Below are positions 47,551-59,928 of a DNA stretch of 64,000 nucleotides, in pieces. The DNA is taken from assembly GCA_965204745.1 (NCBI GenBank), contig OZ242010.1, positions 3,584,001-3,648,000 on the forward strand, in the 5' to 3' direction. Numbering within the stretch: the stretch's first letter is position 1; every line of letters starts with the position of its first letter. The notes under the pieces are model-generated. The model made no database searches and was not told where the DNA came from. It worked only from the letters and a program-made list of their open reading frames with translations. This stretch comes from Candidatus Latescibacterota bacterium (GTDB lineage: Bacteria > Latescibacterota > UBA2968). A program made the translations under genes and the position numbers.

Positions 47551-48897
47551 ATGAATCGCAAGTCGTATTTGTTAAATGACGAGGCGATGTTGCATTTTGT
47601 TGCGCGGGGGTTTTGCGTGGTAAAAACAGATGTCGCGCCGCGGGTTCACGCGCAAATTTTGACCGATGCGGAGCGGGCGATGGCACAGGGCAATCCGGGC
47701 AATGATATTTTGCACGTTGCGCCGGGGTTGAATGAAGTTTTTGCGGATCCCGCGATAGTGGGCGCGCTGTCGAGCATTTTGGGCGATTCCTACGCGATGC
47801 ACTGCCACAGGCATTGCCATCTCAATCGCGCAGGCGCAAAGGGCCGAAGGTTTCACCAAGACGGGTCGCCGCGGCGGTTTCAGGGATGGAGCAGGCCGTG
47901 GCGGCGGCAACATCGCCCGCGCACTGTGATGGCGATTTATTACCCGCACGAAACGCCGCTAGCGATGGGGCCGACCGGGGTGATTCCCGGAACGCAGTAC
48001 TACGGCGCGCAACCGGACAATGCGTCTGAGTACGAGTTTCGCTTTGCGGTGGCAGAACCGGGGGATGTGTTGCTCGTGCATTTTGATTTGTGGCATCGGG
48101 TGTCCGACAATGTCAGTGACCGCGACCGATATATGATGAAGTTTTTGTTTGAGCGCGCAGAAGAGCCGACCGCGCCGAGTTGGGCGTTTGCGCCGGATTT
48201 TGAGGTGCTCGGGCATCGACTCAAACCCGCGCATCCCTCCGATGTGTTGTTGCAACATCCGCTCGCGTGGGACTTTATGTGGCGTTGGTTGTGTGGTGAA
48301 TCCCCGGCCGAATGGGGCGATGACGCGCCGGTTTCCGTCGATGATGCGATCCGCGATTTGAACAGCGCAGACCCCGGCGTGGTGCTCGACGCGACTTACG
48401 CGCTGGGGCGATTGGGCAACCGCGCTGTGCCCGCGTTGATGGATGTGTTGCTCGACCCCGATGGGGATTTGCGCGAGCGCGTGCCCGCGGCCCTGTCTGC
48501 CACGGGCGGGCATGCGGTTGACGCGCTCGTGGATGCGTTGGCGCATTCGGATGATTGGGTGCGCGCAACCGCTGCCGATACCTTGGGCGATATCGGGTTG
48601 CCAGCGCTCGGCGCGTTGCCCGCGATTCGCCGCGCACTTGTGGATTCGTGCGACTGGGTGCGCCACAATGCGGCGCGTGCATTGGCGATTTGGGGCAAGG
48701 CCGCCACAGGTGCCCGCGAGGATTTGCTGACCGCGCTGCAAGACGCAGAGCCGTTTGTGGGCTTTAACGCGCTGACCGCGCTGGCACACATGGATTGCAT
48801 TGACGCAAAGGTGTTGCCGCTGTTGGAGGCGATGCAAGACCACGCGCACGGGCGATTGCGCTACCAAGTCCACGAGGTCTTGCGCCGGGTTGCCTGA
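47551..48897 (+). CDS. phytanoyl-CoA dioxygenase-like (PhyH) domain plus HEAT repeats
   Basis: FHQD, MGPTGVIPGT, HFDLWHR; C-terminal VRATAADTLG/VRHNAARALA repeats. Confidence 0.88.
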   Translation: MNRKSYLLNDEAMLHFVARGFCVVKTDVAPRVHAQILTDAERAMAQGNPGNDILHVAPGLNEVFADPAIVGALSSILGDSYAMHCHRHCHLNRAGAKGRRFHQDGSPRRFQGWSRPWRRQHRPRTVMAIYYPHETPLAMGPTGVIPGTQYYGAQPDNASEYEFRFAVAEPGDVLLVHFDLWHRVSDNVSDRDRYMMKFLFERAEEPTAPSWAFAPDFEVLGHRLKPAHPSDVLLQHPLAWDFMWRWLCGESPAEWGDDAPVSVDDAIRDLNSADPGVVLDATYALGRLGNRAVPALMDVLLDPDGDLRERVPAALSATGGHAVDALVDALAHSDDWVRATAADTLGDIGLPALGALPAIRRALVDSCDWVRHNAARALAIWGKAATGAREDLLTALQDAEPFVGFNALTALAHMDCIDAKVLPLLEAMQDHAHGRLRYQVHEVLRRVA

Positions 48898-48922
48898 CCG
48901 CGATAGTCGCCATCCCAAAATA

Positions 48923-48959
48923 GAATCGCCTGTCCAATGGATCGGACGGGCGATTTTTG
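48923..48959 (+). terminator. intrinsic terminator-like hairpin
   Basis: AATCGCCTGTCC / GGACGGGCGATT followed by T tract. Confidence 0.6.
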
Positions 48960-49079
48960 TTTGCCAATGGTCCCGTGCTTTTTTTGCGAATTTTCGCGCT
49001 TTGCTATTTTTTTGTCGTTGTGTATTTTTTTAGCGCGACTGAAATCGCATGACCGAGGACCACTAACCCCTTATTCGCC

Positions 49080-50132
49080 ATGAAAATTGCCGTGCTCATT
49101 TCTGGTGGTGTCGATAGTTCGGTGGCTTTGAGTTTGTTGAAACGGGAAGGCCATGAACTGACGGCATTTTATTTGAAGGTGTGGCTCGAGGACGAACTCG
49201 CTTTTGTGGGGGCGTGCCCGTGGGAGGCCGACCTGAAATTCGTGCGCGCCGTGTGCGAGCAACTCGACGTGCCGTTGCGGGTGATCTCTTTGCAAGCGGA
49301 GTATCTCGACCGGGTGGTGGCTTACGCACTCGGTGAGTTGCACGCGGGACGCACCCCGAGTCCGGATATCTTTTGCAATCAGCGGATCAAGTTCGGCGCG
49401 TTTTTCGACCACATCGACCGCAGTTATGAAAAAGTGGCAACCGGGCATTACGCGCAGATCGCAACGCGCAATGGGGTTTTTCAACTCAAACGCGCCCCGG
49501 ATGCGGTCAAGGATCAGACGTATTTTTTGTCGGGCCTGCGCCAAGTGCAAGTCGCGCGTGCCCTGTTTCCGATTGGGCATTTAACCAAGTCCGAAGTGCG
49601 TGCGTTGGCGCGGGAGTTCGACTTGCCCAATCGCACGCGCAAAGACAGTCAGGGAATATGTTTTTTGGGCAAGATCAGGTACGCGGATTTTATCGCATTT
49701 CACTTGGGCGAACAAAAAGGCGAGATCGTGGATCGGGAAACAGGGCGGATTTTGGGCCACCATCGCGGCTATTATTTCTATACTATCGGGCAGCGGCATG
49801 GCTTGGGTTTGGGCGGAGGGCCGTGGTACGTGGTGCAAAAAGACGTGGAGAACAATGTCATTTTCGTATCCCACGCCACGCGGTACGCAGATGCAGCGCG
49901 GCAACACTTTTTGGTGGCAAATCCCAACTGGATCTCAGAACCGCCGCGCAAGACGGCCTTGCAACTCAAACTGCGGCACGGCCCGGCAATGACGCCCTGC
50001 ACAATCGACCCCGCGGACGACGACCGATTGTCCGTCACCCTGGCAAAAAGCGATTCCGGCATCGCGCCCGGGCAATTCGCCGTGTTTTACGATAGCGAGG
50101 TCTGTCTGGGCAGCGCGGTGATTGAAAGTTGA
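49080..50132 (+). CDS. mnmA: tRNA 2-thiouridylase
   Basis: SGGVDSS, PSPDIFCN, ATGHY, KDQTYFL, KDSQGICF, APGQ. Confidence 0.97.
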   Translation: MKIAVLISGGVDSSVALSLLKREGHELTAFYLKVWLEDELAFVGACPWEADLKFVRAVCEQLDVPLRVISLQAEYLDRVVAYALGELHAGRTPSPDIFCNQRIKFGAFFDHIDRSYEKVATGHYAQIATRNGVFQLKRAPDAVKDQTYFLSGLRQVQVARALFPIGHLTKSEVRALAREFDLPNRTRKDSQGICFLGKIRYADFIAFHLGEQKGEIVDRETGRILGHHRGYYFYTIGQRHGLGLGGGPWYVVQKDVENNVIFVSHATRYADAARQHFLVANPNWISEPPRKTALQLKLRHGPAMTPCTIDPADDDRLSVTLAKSDSGIAPGQFAVFYDSEVCLGSAVIES

Positions 50133-50194
50133 GATAAATCATAACAAGTGCCATCGCAAAACCCCCTCCGATCAAGCCATCAAAGGAACGCTAC

Positions 50195-50800
50195 ATTATC
50201 GGGACCTACCCCCTAACCCCCGTTACTCGCTTCGCTCATTGTAGGCTACGCCTGTGCCTGCGAGGAAGGGGGAACGAGGATCGGTTTTGCGAGGGATTTA
50301 CGCGAGAGGTTTTTGGGGTTCATGGCGTGATCCATTCGCCCAAAGCCATCAAAACAGCCAAGGATACAAACCATCAAAGGAACTTTACTCCCCTTTCCTC
50401 TCAGGAAAGGGGCCGGGGGATAGGTCCCCTCGCGCAATGCCATCAGAGGAGCTTTTCTCCCCTTTCCTTGTAGGAGGAAAGAAGGGGGAACTTGTGAGCG
50501 GTTTTGCGAATCAGGACCTACCCCCCTGGCCCCCTTCCTGCGAGGAAGGGGGGAACAGTGAGCGGTTTTGCGAGGGGATGAGGTGAGGGGGTTTTTTTAG
50601 CGCTTTATGCCCTCGGTCAACGCCATCAGAGCAACCAGAGCGAGAAGCCATCAAATGAACTTTACTCCCCTTTCCTCTCAGGAAAGGGGCCGGGGGATAG
50701 GTCCCAAAAGCCATCAAAATAGCCCTTGCATTCATCTATCAAGAAACCCATGCTCCCCTTTCCTCGTAGGAAAGGGGCCGGGGGATAGGTCCCCTCGCGC
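50195..50800. repeat. cluster of about six long palindromic repeat units
   Basis: CCCCTTTCCT-N3-AGGAAAGGGGCCGGGGGATAGGTCC and inverse units separated by AAGCCATCA motifs. Confidence 0.88.
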
Positions 50801-50870
50801 CACCCCAATTCGCAAGTGTCGTCCGCATACCGCATCGCATTCGGACAACAGCAATTCAATTTGGTGTAAT

Positions 50871-52310
50871 ATGTTCTCTCGAATCAAATCCCTCGCGCAA
50901 CACACGGCGATTTACGGCATGGGCGATTTGCTTGGGCGGGCCGTGTCGGTCTTGCTCGTGCCGGTGTACGCACGGCATCTCGGCGCAGAGGACAATGGCA
51001 TTTTGTCTTTGGCGTTTGCGTTTATTGGGTTTAGCGCGGTGGTGTATTCCCTCGGTCTCAATCCCGCGCTGATACGCCTCTTGTCCGGCAAGGCCGATCT
51101 CGACGAGCACCGCGTCGCGTTCAGTTCGGCATTTTGGACGTTGCTCGCCGTGGGAAGCGTCTTGTCCGGGGCGATTTGGGCGAGTGCCGAGGGGCTCGCC
51201 CATTCCTTGTTGGGCAGCGCGACGTACAGCGCGTTTTTCGCGTTGATGGCCGCGATTATCCTGTTGGACGCGCTGTCAGAACCCCTGTTCACCTGTTGCC
51301 GCGCACGCCAACGGTCGCTTCACTACGCGGTTGTGCGCGTGATTCAGCACACCTTGCAACTCGGCCTGACGGTGTATTTGATCGCGTATCTCGAGCGCGG
51401 GCCAATCGCGGTTTTTGAAGCCAATTTCATCAGTTCCCTGTTCGCGCTCGCGGTCATGCTGCCCGTGGGCGCGCGCGTGATTCGGCCCGCGTTTTCTCGG
51501 CATGCGTTGCGCGAGTTGCTGCGCTTTGGCCTGCCGTTTGTGCCGTCTGCGCTGTCCATTCTCGTCATCGGCTTGTCCGACCGGTTCCTGATTCGCTTTT
51601 TTTTAGGGCTTGAGGACTTGGGGATTTACGGCATTGCGTACAAACTCGGCCTGCCCATCTTCTTCGTGGTCAAGGCGTTTCGCACAGCCTGGGCACCCGC
51701 TGTGCTCGACGAGGATGAATCCGCAGAGGAAACCCCGCGCATGTGCGCGCAGATCACCACGTATTTCGCGCTGTTCGGGGTTTTTGCCTGCTTGATTTTG
51801 GGCGCGTTTGCACGCGAGATCGTCGTTCTGGTCGCCGGCGACAATGCCGAAACCTATCTCGAGGGCGTGCAGGTCGTCCCGCTGGTTGGGCTGGCCTTTT
51901 TCTTTTACGGCCTCTACGTGATTCTCACCGCGGGCGTGTACGCCAAAGGCCGCGCAGGGGCCTTGCCGTTTATCGTGGGCGCAGGGGCGTGTATCAATGT
52001 TGCGATAAATCTCGTCTGCTTGCCCAGGTTTGGATTTGTCGCGGCTGCGTATAGCACGCTCATCGCGCACGTCTCGATGGTGGTGTTGCTCTTTTTTGCT
52101 GTGCGCCGGTTTTATCCGGTGCCCTACGACTACGCGCGGTTGGGCAAAATTTGCGTGACGGCTGTCATCGTTTTTGTGGCCCTGTCCGGGCATTTGCACG
52201 ACATGTCCGCCCAAGGGGTTGGCGCGCGCGCGATTTTTGTGTTGAGCTATCCCCTGATTTTGTGGGGCTGGCGATTTTTCAATCCCCCAAAAGCAACTGA
52301 TAGTCGTTGA
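50871..52310 (+). CDS. polysaccharide flippase (Wzx/MOP family)
   Basis: HTAIYG, LLVPVY, FGLPFVP...SDRF, many TM helices. Confidence 0.88.
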   Translation: MFSRIKSLAQHTAIYGMGDLLGRAVSVLLVPVYARHLGAEDNGILSLAFAFIGFSAVVYSLGLNPALIRLLSGKADLDEHRVAFSSAFWTLLAVGSVLSGAIWASAEGLAHSLLGSATYSAFFALMAAIILLDALSEPLFTCCRARQRSLHYAVVRVIQHTLQLGLTVYLIAYLERGPIAVFEANFISSLFALAVMLPVGARVIRPAFSRHALRELLRFGLPFVPSALSILVIGLSDRFLIRFFLGLEDLGIYGIAYKLGLPIFFVVKAFRTAWAPAVLDEDESAEETPRMCAQITTYFALFGVFACLILGAFAREIVVLVAGDNAETYLEGVQVVPLVGLAFFFYGLYVILTAGVYAKGRAGALPFIVGAGACINVAINLVCLPRFGFVAAAYSTLIAHVSMVVLLFFAVRRFYPVPYDYARLGKICVTAVIVFVALSGHLHDMSAQGVGARAIFVLSYPLILWGWRFFNPPKATDSR

Positions 52311-52345
52311 CTCTGGCCCGCGATTCCGTATATTGATTTTCACAG

Positions 52346-52428
52346 TGGCCCGTGCGACTGGCGAATGAACGTGGAATTGACCACGGGGAAGCGCGGCCCT
52401 TTCAACCGATAGCCGCTCGCCTGGGCTT
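52346..52428 (+). promoter_or_regulatory. ZMP/ZTP (pfl) riboswitch
   Basis: GACTGGCGAA...GTGG-CCACGGGGAAGCG...CCGCTCGCCTGGGC upstream of glyA; TTGACT-16-TATATT just upstream. Confidence 0.88.
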
Positions 52429-52476
52429 CCATATTGCCCAGGCTATTTTTGTACCTGACCACAAAGGAGGAAATCC

Positions 52477-54000
52477 GTGTCCCGTCCCCTCGCCGAGTAT
52501 CTGGCTCAAAATCCCAACCCGAATCCCGGGTTTGTCGCGTATTTGGCCGCGCTGGAGCAAGTCGCGTCCGTGGCGCCGGAGATCGCCGCGACCATCGTGG
52601 CGGAGTTGGCAGATCAGCGCGCCAATCTCAAAATGATCGCCAGCGAGAATTATTGCTCGTTAGCCGTGCAACTGGCGATGGGCAATTTGCTGACGGACAA
52701 GTACGCGGAAGGCATTCCCAACCATCGGTTTTACGCCGGCTGTGACAATGTGGATGCCATTGAAAGCCGGGCCGCAAAACTGGCCTGCGATCTCTTTGGC
52801 GCGGATCACGCATACCTACAACCGCATTCGGGTGCAGACGCCAATATGGTCGCGTTTTGGGCCATTCTCACGGCGCGCGTTCAGGATGTCGCGCTGAAAA
52901 AATCGGGGCACAAATCGCCCTTTGACCTGTCGGGCAAGGCGTGGGACGCGCTACGCAGGCAACTGGGCAACCAAAAGCTCTTGGGCCTCGACCTCTCATC
53001 GGGCGGGCATCTCACGCACGGGTATCGCATCAATGTTTCCGGGCGCATGTTTGACGCGCATGCATACGCGGTGGACAAGGCGTCGGGCTTGCTCGACTAC
53101 GACGCCATCCGGGATCGGGCCAAAGCGGTCCGGCCCTTGATTCTCTTGGCGGGGTATAGCGCGTATCCGCGCAAGATGAATTTTCGCATTTTTCGGGAGA
53201 TCGCCGACGAGGTGGGCGCGGTGCTGATGGTCGATATGGCGCATTTTGCCGGGCTTGTCGCGGGCGGGGTTTTCTGCGGGGATTTTGACCCCATGGCCCA
53301 TGCCCAAGTCGTGACCACCACCACGCACAAGACCCTGCGCGGCCCCAGAGGGGGCATGGTCTTGTGCGATGCGGAGTTTGTAGAGCAGGTCGATAAGGGG
53401 TGCCCGATGGTGCTCGGCGGGCCATTGCCCCATGTGATGGCTGCCAAGGCCATCGCATTGCAAGAGGCCAGCACCCCCGAATTTCGGACGTACGCGGGCA
53501 AAATCGTGGATAATGCCCGAGCGCTCGCGCAGGCGTGTCTAAGCGCGGGGTTGTGCGTGCTCACCGGGGGGACGGACAATCACCTGCTCCAAATCGACGT
53601 CACGCCGTTCGACCTCACGGGCAGGCAGGCCGAGGCCCTGTTGCGCGAGGCCGGGATGACCCTAAACAAAAACACCATTCCCTTTGACCCCAATGGCCCG
53701 TGGTACACCAGCGGCCTCCGCGTGGGCACGGCCGCGCTGACGACCCTGGGCATGGGCACAGGGGAGATGCGCGAAATCGGCGCGATGATGGGCGATGTGC
53801 TGACCCACGCGCGGCCCTTGAAATTCACCCGTGGCAAAAGCGCTGGGCAGTTCAGCAAGATCAAATACAAGGTCGAGGCCGGGATCATCGAAAACGCACA
53901 GCAAAAAATCGCCACCCTACTCGCGCAGTTCCCCCTATATCCAGAACTGGATTTGGCGTATCTTCAAGCGGCGTTCAAAAAAGTAAGAGGTAAGACGTAA
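52477..54000 (+). CDS. glyA: serine hydroxymethyltransferase (long form)
   Basis: IASEN, DKYAEG, GGHLTHG, TTTTHKTLRGPRGG, GTDNH. Confidence 0.97.
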   Translation: MSRPLAEYLAQNPNPNPGFVAYLAALEQVASVAPEIAATIVAELADQRANLKMIASENYCSLAVQLAMGNLLTDKYAEGIPNHRFYAGCDNVDAIESRAAKLACDLFGADHAYLQPHSGADANMVAFWAILTARVQDVALKKSGHKSPFDLSGKAWDALRRQLGNQKLLGLDLSSGGHLTHGYRINVSGRMFDAHAYAVDKASGLLDYDAIRDRAKAVRPLILLAGYSAYPRKMNFRIFREIADEVGAVLMVDMAHFAGLVAGGVFCGDFDPMAHAQVVTTTTHKTLRGPRGGMVLCDAEFVEQVDKGCPMVLGGPLPHVMAAKAIALQEASTPEFRTYAGKIVDNARALAQACLSAGLCVLTGGTDNHLLQIDVTPFDLTGRQAEALLREAGMTLNKNTIPFDPNGPWYTSGLRVGTAALTTLGMGTGEMREIGAMMGDVLTHARPLKFTRGKSAGQFSKIKYKVEAGIIENAQQKIATLLAQFPLYPELDLAYLQAAFKKVRGKT

Positions 54001-54108
54001 GACGGGAGACGTAAGACGGGAGACGTAAGACGGGAGACGTAAGACGGGAGAGGTGAGGCAACCCCGCCACCGCCCAAGTAGTCAGTAGTCAGTTGTCAGT
54101 AGTCAGTC
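53983..54108. repeat. heptamer arrays (ACGTAAG/ACGGGAG alternation, then GTCAGTA/T)
   Basis: direct reading. Confidence 0.9.
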
Positions 54109-54117
54109 CACCCAACC

Positions 54118-54158
54118 CCAAGGACAAGTGCGCGATGGTTCAAATCTTAATTCGCATT
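54118..54158 (-). mobile_element. ~40-bp left-end relic of the IS982-like element
   Basis: reverse complement AATGCGAATTAAGATTTGAACCATCGCGCACTTGTC aligns to 22028-22064. Confidence 0.6.
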
Positions 54159-54204
54159 ATCAGCTATCAACCCCCTCCCATACTCCCAAAGCGAGGAAGC
54201 GATT

Positions 54205-55449
54205 TTGAACACGAGAAGAGGGACGCGCAACAACACCGTGCGTCAAAATAGGCGTGTCTCGCGGCGGAAGCGCGGACGAGAGCACAGCGAAACCGCGAAG
54301 CCGCAACAGCATCAGCCGCGCCGAGAATCGCGCAACCTGACGCGGTGGGACGCGATGGGCATCCTCGCGCTCGGCCTGCTGGTGGTGGTCAGCTACTTCC
54401 CGGCGTTCTTTGCCGGTTTTGTCTGGGATGACCGCGTCTTCACCGAGGCCCGTGCGGTTCGGGACCTGGACGGCCTGTGGCGCATCTATTTCTCGCCCGC
54501 AGAGATCGAGAACGAGGCGCACTACTGGCCGCTGGTCTATACGACCTTCTGGTTAGAGCACAAGTTGTGGGGTTACGCTCCAACTGGCTACCACATCGTC
54601 AATGTTTTGCTGCACCTCGTCAACACCCTGCTCCTTTGGCGTCTGATCGAGCGGTTGACCGTGCCCGGCGCGTGGATCCTCGCCGCCGTGTTCGCAGTTC
54701 ATCCCCTGCATGTCGAGTCCGTCGCCTGGGTGATCGAGCGCAAGGACGTGCTCTCGGGGCTATTTTATCTCGCGGCCTTCTCGACCTACATTCGCTTTGT
54801 ACAGGAGGAGCGTTCGGGACAGGGGCGAAAACACTACCTCTTGGCACTCGCGCTGTTCGCCCTGGGGTTATTGTGCAAGTCTATCGTGGTCACCTTGCCC
54901 GCGGCATTGTCGATCTATCATTGGTGGAAACACGGGCGCATAACCGGCGCGGACCTGCTCGGGTTGGCGCCGTTCTTCGCGGTAGGTCTGATCGCCGCGG
55001 GCGCAGATGTGACATTCGCCGCGTCGCGAGAACCCCTTGCCCTCGGCTACGCCATGCCCGAGCGGCTCCTCATCGCAACGCACGCCTTGTGGTTCTACGC
55101 GGGCAAGTTGCTGTGGCCGGTGGACTTAGCGGTCATCTATCCCCATTGGGAGGTGAACGTCACAGACCCGCTGGCATGGAGCTATGTCATAGCCGCTGTT
55201 GCAGTGGTCGCGGCACTTTATGGCTTTCGACATCGGATCGGGCGCGGCCCACTGGCCGGCGCGCTGTTCTTCGCGGTGACCCTGTCGCCCGTGCTCGGCT
55301 TTGTGGACTTCGGGTACATGCAATTCTCCTTTGTCGCGGACCGTTACCAATATCTGGCCGGTATCGGGTTGATGACCGCGCTCGTCGGTGCCGCGACTTA
55401 TGGCGTGGGACGCTTGCCGGAGGGATGGCGAAAGGGCGCGACGACCTAG
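54205..55449 (+). pseudogene. TMTC-like (GT-C) glycosyltransferase membrane domain, C-terminally truncated (no TPRs)
   Basis: FVWDD, YWPLVY, FAVHPLHVESVAWVIERKDVL, VADRYQY then early stop. Confidence 0.75.
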
Positions 55450-55463
55450 TGGTCAGTGGGACT

Positions 55464-55670
55464 TTATCCCCCCTGCACGGCTTGGATAATATCCACGTGG
55501 TCGCCATTGTGCAGGCGCGTGGTTGCCCACATCGTGCGGGCGATGACTTCGGCGTTTACGGCGATGGCTATGCCGGTGTGGTTCGGGCCGAGGTTCATCG
55601 CGGTCAACAAATCGGTCAGGGTTGACGCATCGGTCACTGCGCGGGTTTGACCATTTACTGTGAGTTGCAT
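55464..55670 (-). CDS. thiS: sulfur carrier protein
   Basis: 68 aa, VNG, AIAVN, C-terminal GG. Confidence 0.95.
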   Translation of the reverse strand: MQLTVNGQTRAVTDASTLTDLLTAMNLGPNHTGIAIAVNAEVIARTMWATTRLHNGDHVDIIQAVQGG

Positions 55671-55727
55671 AGGTGATAATCCAATCGGTACATCAATCGT
55701 AGGGGCAGGCCCCCGTGCCCGTCCGCG

Positions 55728-56864
55728 TTACAATCCAAATCGGTCGATGCCAAAGGGGCGAATAATTTCCGGGGTGTGGCCTTCCAAAATCACTTCGGCG
55801 ATAGCCAGCGCGGTCAAGGGGGTGAGCAAGATGCCCTTGCGATAATGCCCGGTCGCCATGATCAAGCCCTCAACCGGGGTTTGGCCCAAAATGGGCGCGT
55901 CATCCCGGCTGCCCGGACGCAACCCGGCCATGGATTCGACGATGGGCAAATCGTAAATCCCCGGCACGACTTCCCACGCGGCGCGCAGGAGTTCAAACAT
56001 GCCCCCGGCGGTTACGTCTGCGTCAAAGCCCATTTCTTCGGAGGTCGCGCCGAGGACGAGGTGTCCGTTGTTTTTTGGCACGAGATAGGCGACTGCGGAG
56101 GTCGCCACGCGGGAATACCAAACCATTGTGTTGAGCGCGAGTTCCGGGGTCATGCCCAAGCGTGCGATTTGCCCGCGCACCGGGCGCACTGGCGGTTTGG
56201 CACAATCGGGTAGCCCCGGCAACAGGCGGGACCAGCATCCGGACGCCAATACGACGGTGTCGCCTGTGTGGACTTCATCGCGGATTCGTAGCCCGCGCAC
56301 GCGCGTTCCATCGACCAAGAGTTCATCCACTTCTGCGCGTTCAACAATGTCGCCGCCTGCGGTCTCGACTCCGCGTTTCAACGCCATCGTCAGTTGCCGG
56401 TTATCGACTTGGTGATCGCCCGGGCACCACACGGCCGCGCTGACTTGCGCGGACAAATGCGGCTCTTTCTCCCGCGCTTCCGCTCCGGAAAGATAAGTGA
56501 CGGGCAAGCCCAAGTCGCGCTGATAGCGGTATCGAAATTTGAGGTATTCCAGATCGTCTTGCGTGATGCCGACCATCAGCACGCCATCGCGCCGATACCC
56601 CACGCAACACCCGGTTTCGGCCTCCAATTCCCGGACGAAATCCGGATAGACCTCCATCGCTTTCAGCCCGAGACGCAACAGGGCTTCCTCCTCAAACTGC
56701 GCTTCGGACAAGGGAGACAACATGCCGGCGGACGCCCAACTCGCGGAGTGCCCGACGCGGCCTCGGTCAAACACGCCCACGGAACACCCGGCACGCGCCA
56801 GCCGCCAACCTATTGCCAAGCCAATGGCCCCGCCTCCTATGATCAGCACGCGCTTGTGCGACAT
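55728..56864 (-). CDS. thiO: glycine oxidase
   Basis: IIGGGAIG, ASWASAGML, PVRGQ, AGLRP, GHYRKGILL. Confidence 0.95.
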   Translation of the reverse strand: MSHKRVLIIGGGAIGLAIGWRLARAGCSVGVFDRGRVGHSASWASAGMLSPLSEAQFEEEALLRLGLKAMEVYPDFVRELEAETGCCVGYRRDGVLMVGITQDDLEYLKFRYRYQRDLGLPVTYLSGAEAREKEPHLSAQVSAAVWCPGDHQVDNRQLTMALKRGVETAGGDIVERAEVDELLVDGTRVRGLRIRDEVHTGDTVVLASGCWSRLLPGLPDCAKPPVRPVRGQIARLGMTPELALNTMVWYSRVATSAVAYLVPKNNGHLVLGATSEEMGFDADVTAGGMFELLRAAWEVVPGIYDLPIVESMAGLRPGSRDDAPILGQTPVEGLIMATGHYRKGILLTPLTALAIAEVILEGHTPEIIRPFGIDRFGL

Positions 56865-56924
56865 TGCGACCTCAACAAAAAACCACCCTCCGCCGAGCGT
56901 TGAGTGGTCGTCTTCCATGATGCG

Positions 56925-57000
56925 AACTCCCTACGCCGGCACGATCCGGATCAGGTGCAAAGGGTGTGATCTCAGCTCGCCGCAACGAGCACCCCTGTCT
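56925..57000 (-). promoter_or_regulatory. TPP riboswitch (thiO-thiS)
   Basis: GGGGTGCT...GCTGAGATCACACCCTTTGCACCTGATCCGGATCGTGCCGGCGTAGGGA. Confidence 0.93.
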
Positions 57001-57226
57001 TCATTTTGCGGGGACAACATACCATTTTCCCGCATGCAGGTCAAGTTGTTCTCAATAACGCCACAGTACGCGACGTGAACGGGCATCGGAGTACGCCGAG
57101 TTTTTGGGAGTTTTGGGGGTGGCCCTCTCCCGTCTCGCCTCTCCCGTCTCCCTTGCGGGTTCGTCTATTCTGCAATAACGCTTGACACTCCTTGCAATAT
57201 GCCGTAGTTTGTTGGGACAATGCTGA

Positions 57227-59053
<1,827 letters not shown>

Positions 59054-59077
59054 GGAGAAAGGAAGGTCTCTTAAGTT

Positions 59078-59383
59078 ATGAACTTCAAACTAAGTCCCGA
59101 AATCGAAGCATTGATCGCAAAAAAGGTTGCGGGTGGTGAATACAAAAGTGTGAATGCTTTTTTAGAACAGGCCATCCAACAGACCTTAAAGGGTTTAGAG
59201 CGAGCGAAGCCCCGCGATTCCTCGCCATCTTATGATGATGTTGAGGATCTGTTGGTCGATAGCAAAACCTTGCAATATTATGCCAGAGATGCCGATGACA
59301 CGGTCACGCTTGAAGAGGTGCGCCATATCCTTTCAAAAATTTCTGGCTCGCTGGCAGATGATCTCATCGCAGAGAGGGGTTAA
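59078..59383 (+). CDS. putative antitoxin (RHH/ParD-like N-terminus)
   Basis: LSPEIEALIAKKVAGGEYKSV; precedes PIN fragment. Confidence 0.7.
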   Translation: MNFKLSPEIEALIAKKVAGGEYKSVNAFLEQAIQQTLKGLERAKPRDSSPSYDDVEDLLVDSKTLQYYARDADDTVTLEEVRHILSKISGSLADDLIAERG

Positions 59384-59587
59384 GTGGCAAATTATTTTTT
59401 CGACGCTAGTGCGCTTGTCAAACGATATCACACGGAGTTGGGTAGTCAAAAAATAAACCAATTTTTCGAAGATGAGTCTCGTCATTTTATCGCTGAATTA
59501 ACAGTGATTGAAATTCACGCTGCATTTTCTAAGAAAAGGCTTATGAATGAAATTGGGACAGACGAAGAATTGCAAGGTTGCGGGTGA
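59384..59587 (+). pseudogene. truncated PIN/VapC toxin
   Basis: YFFDASALVKRYHTELGS...LTVIE; only 67 codons. Confidence 0.78.
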
Positions 59588-59612
59588 TAGCTAAATTTCA
59601 AAGGACGATGCA

Positions 59613-59837
59613 ATGGCGACGATATTGACAGCAGCGATTTTTTTGGCGGTGGCATTTGCGTTTATGGCGGGTGCATTGGCATTTGCACAGTACAAAAAAA
59701 AGCAACAGAGTTGTTGCGGCGATGCGCTGGAAATCCATGAGCGCGGCGCGGATGAGGAGTCATCGTGCTTTACGTGTCCGCGGCGCAAGAAGGCGGGGCA
59801 TGGTGGACAGGAGACAGTCGCCGCAGAGCAGGTATGA
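59613..59837 (+). CDS. small Cys-rich membrane protein (NqrM/FeoB-associated-like)
   Basis: one TM helix then SCCG...CFTC. Confidence 0.65.
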   Translation: MATILTAAIFLAVAFAFMAGALAFAQYKKKQQSCCGDALEIHERGADEESSCFTCPRRKKAGHGGQETVAAEQV

Positions 59838-59928
59838 TAGGTTCGGCTAGCGGAACAACTGCGCCGAGTGCGAGCACATAGATGCGTAAGACGCGCTCAC
59901 CTCATCCCTCGCGGGGCAGGTAGAACAG

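Noticed and set aside
50607-50870. N-terminal extension of the flippase
   Set aside because: Read-through of palindromic repeats; family-like sequence begins at ATG 50871.
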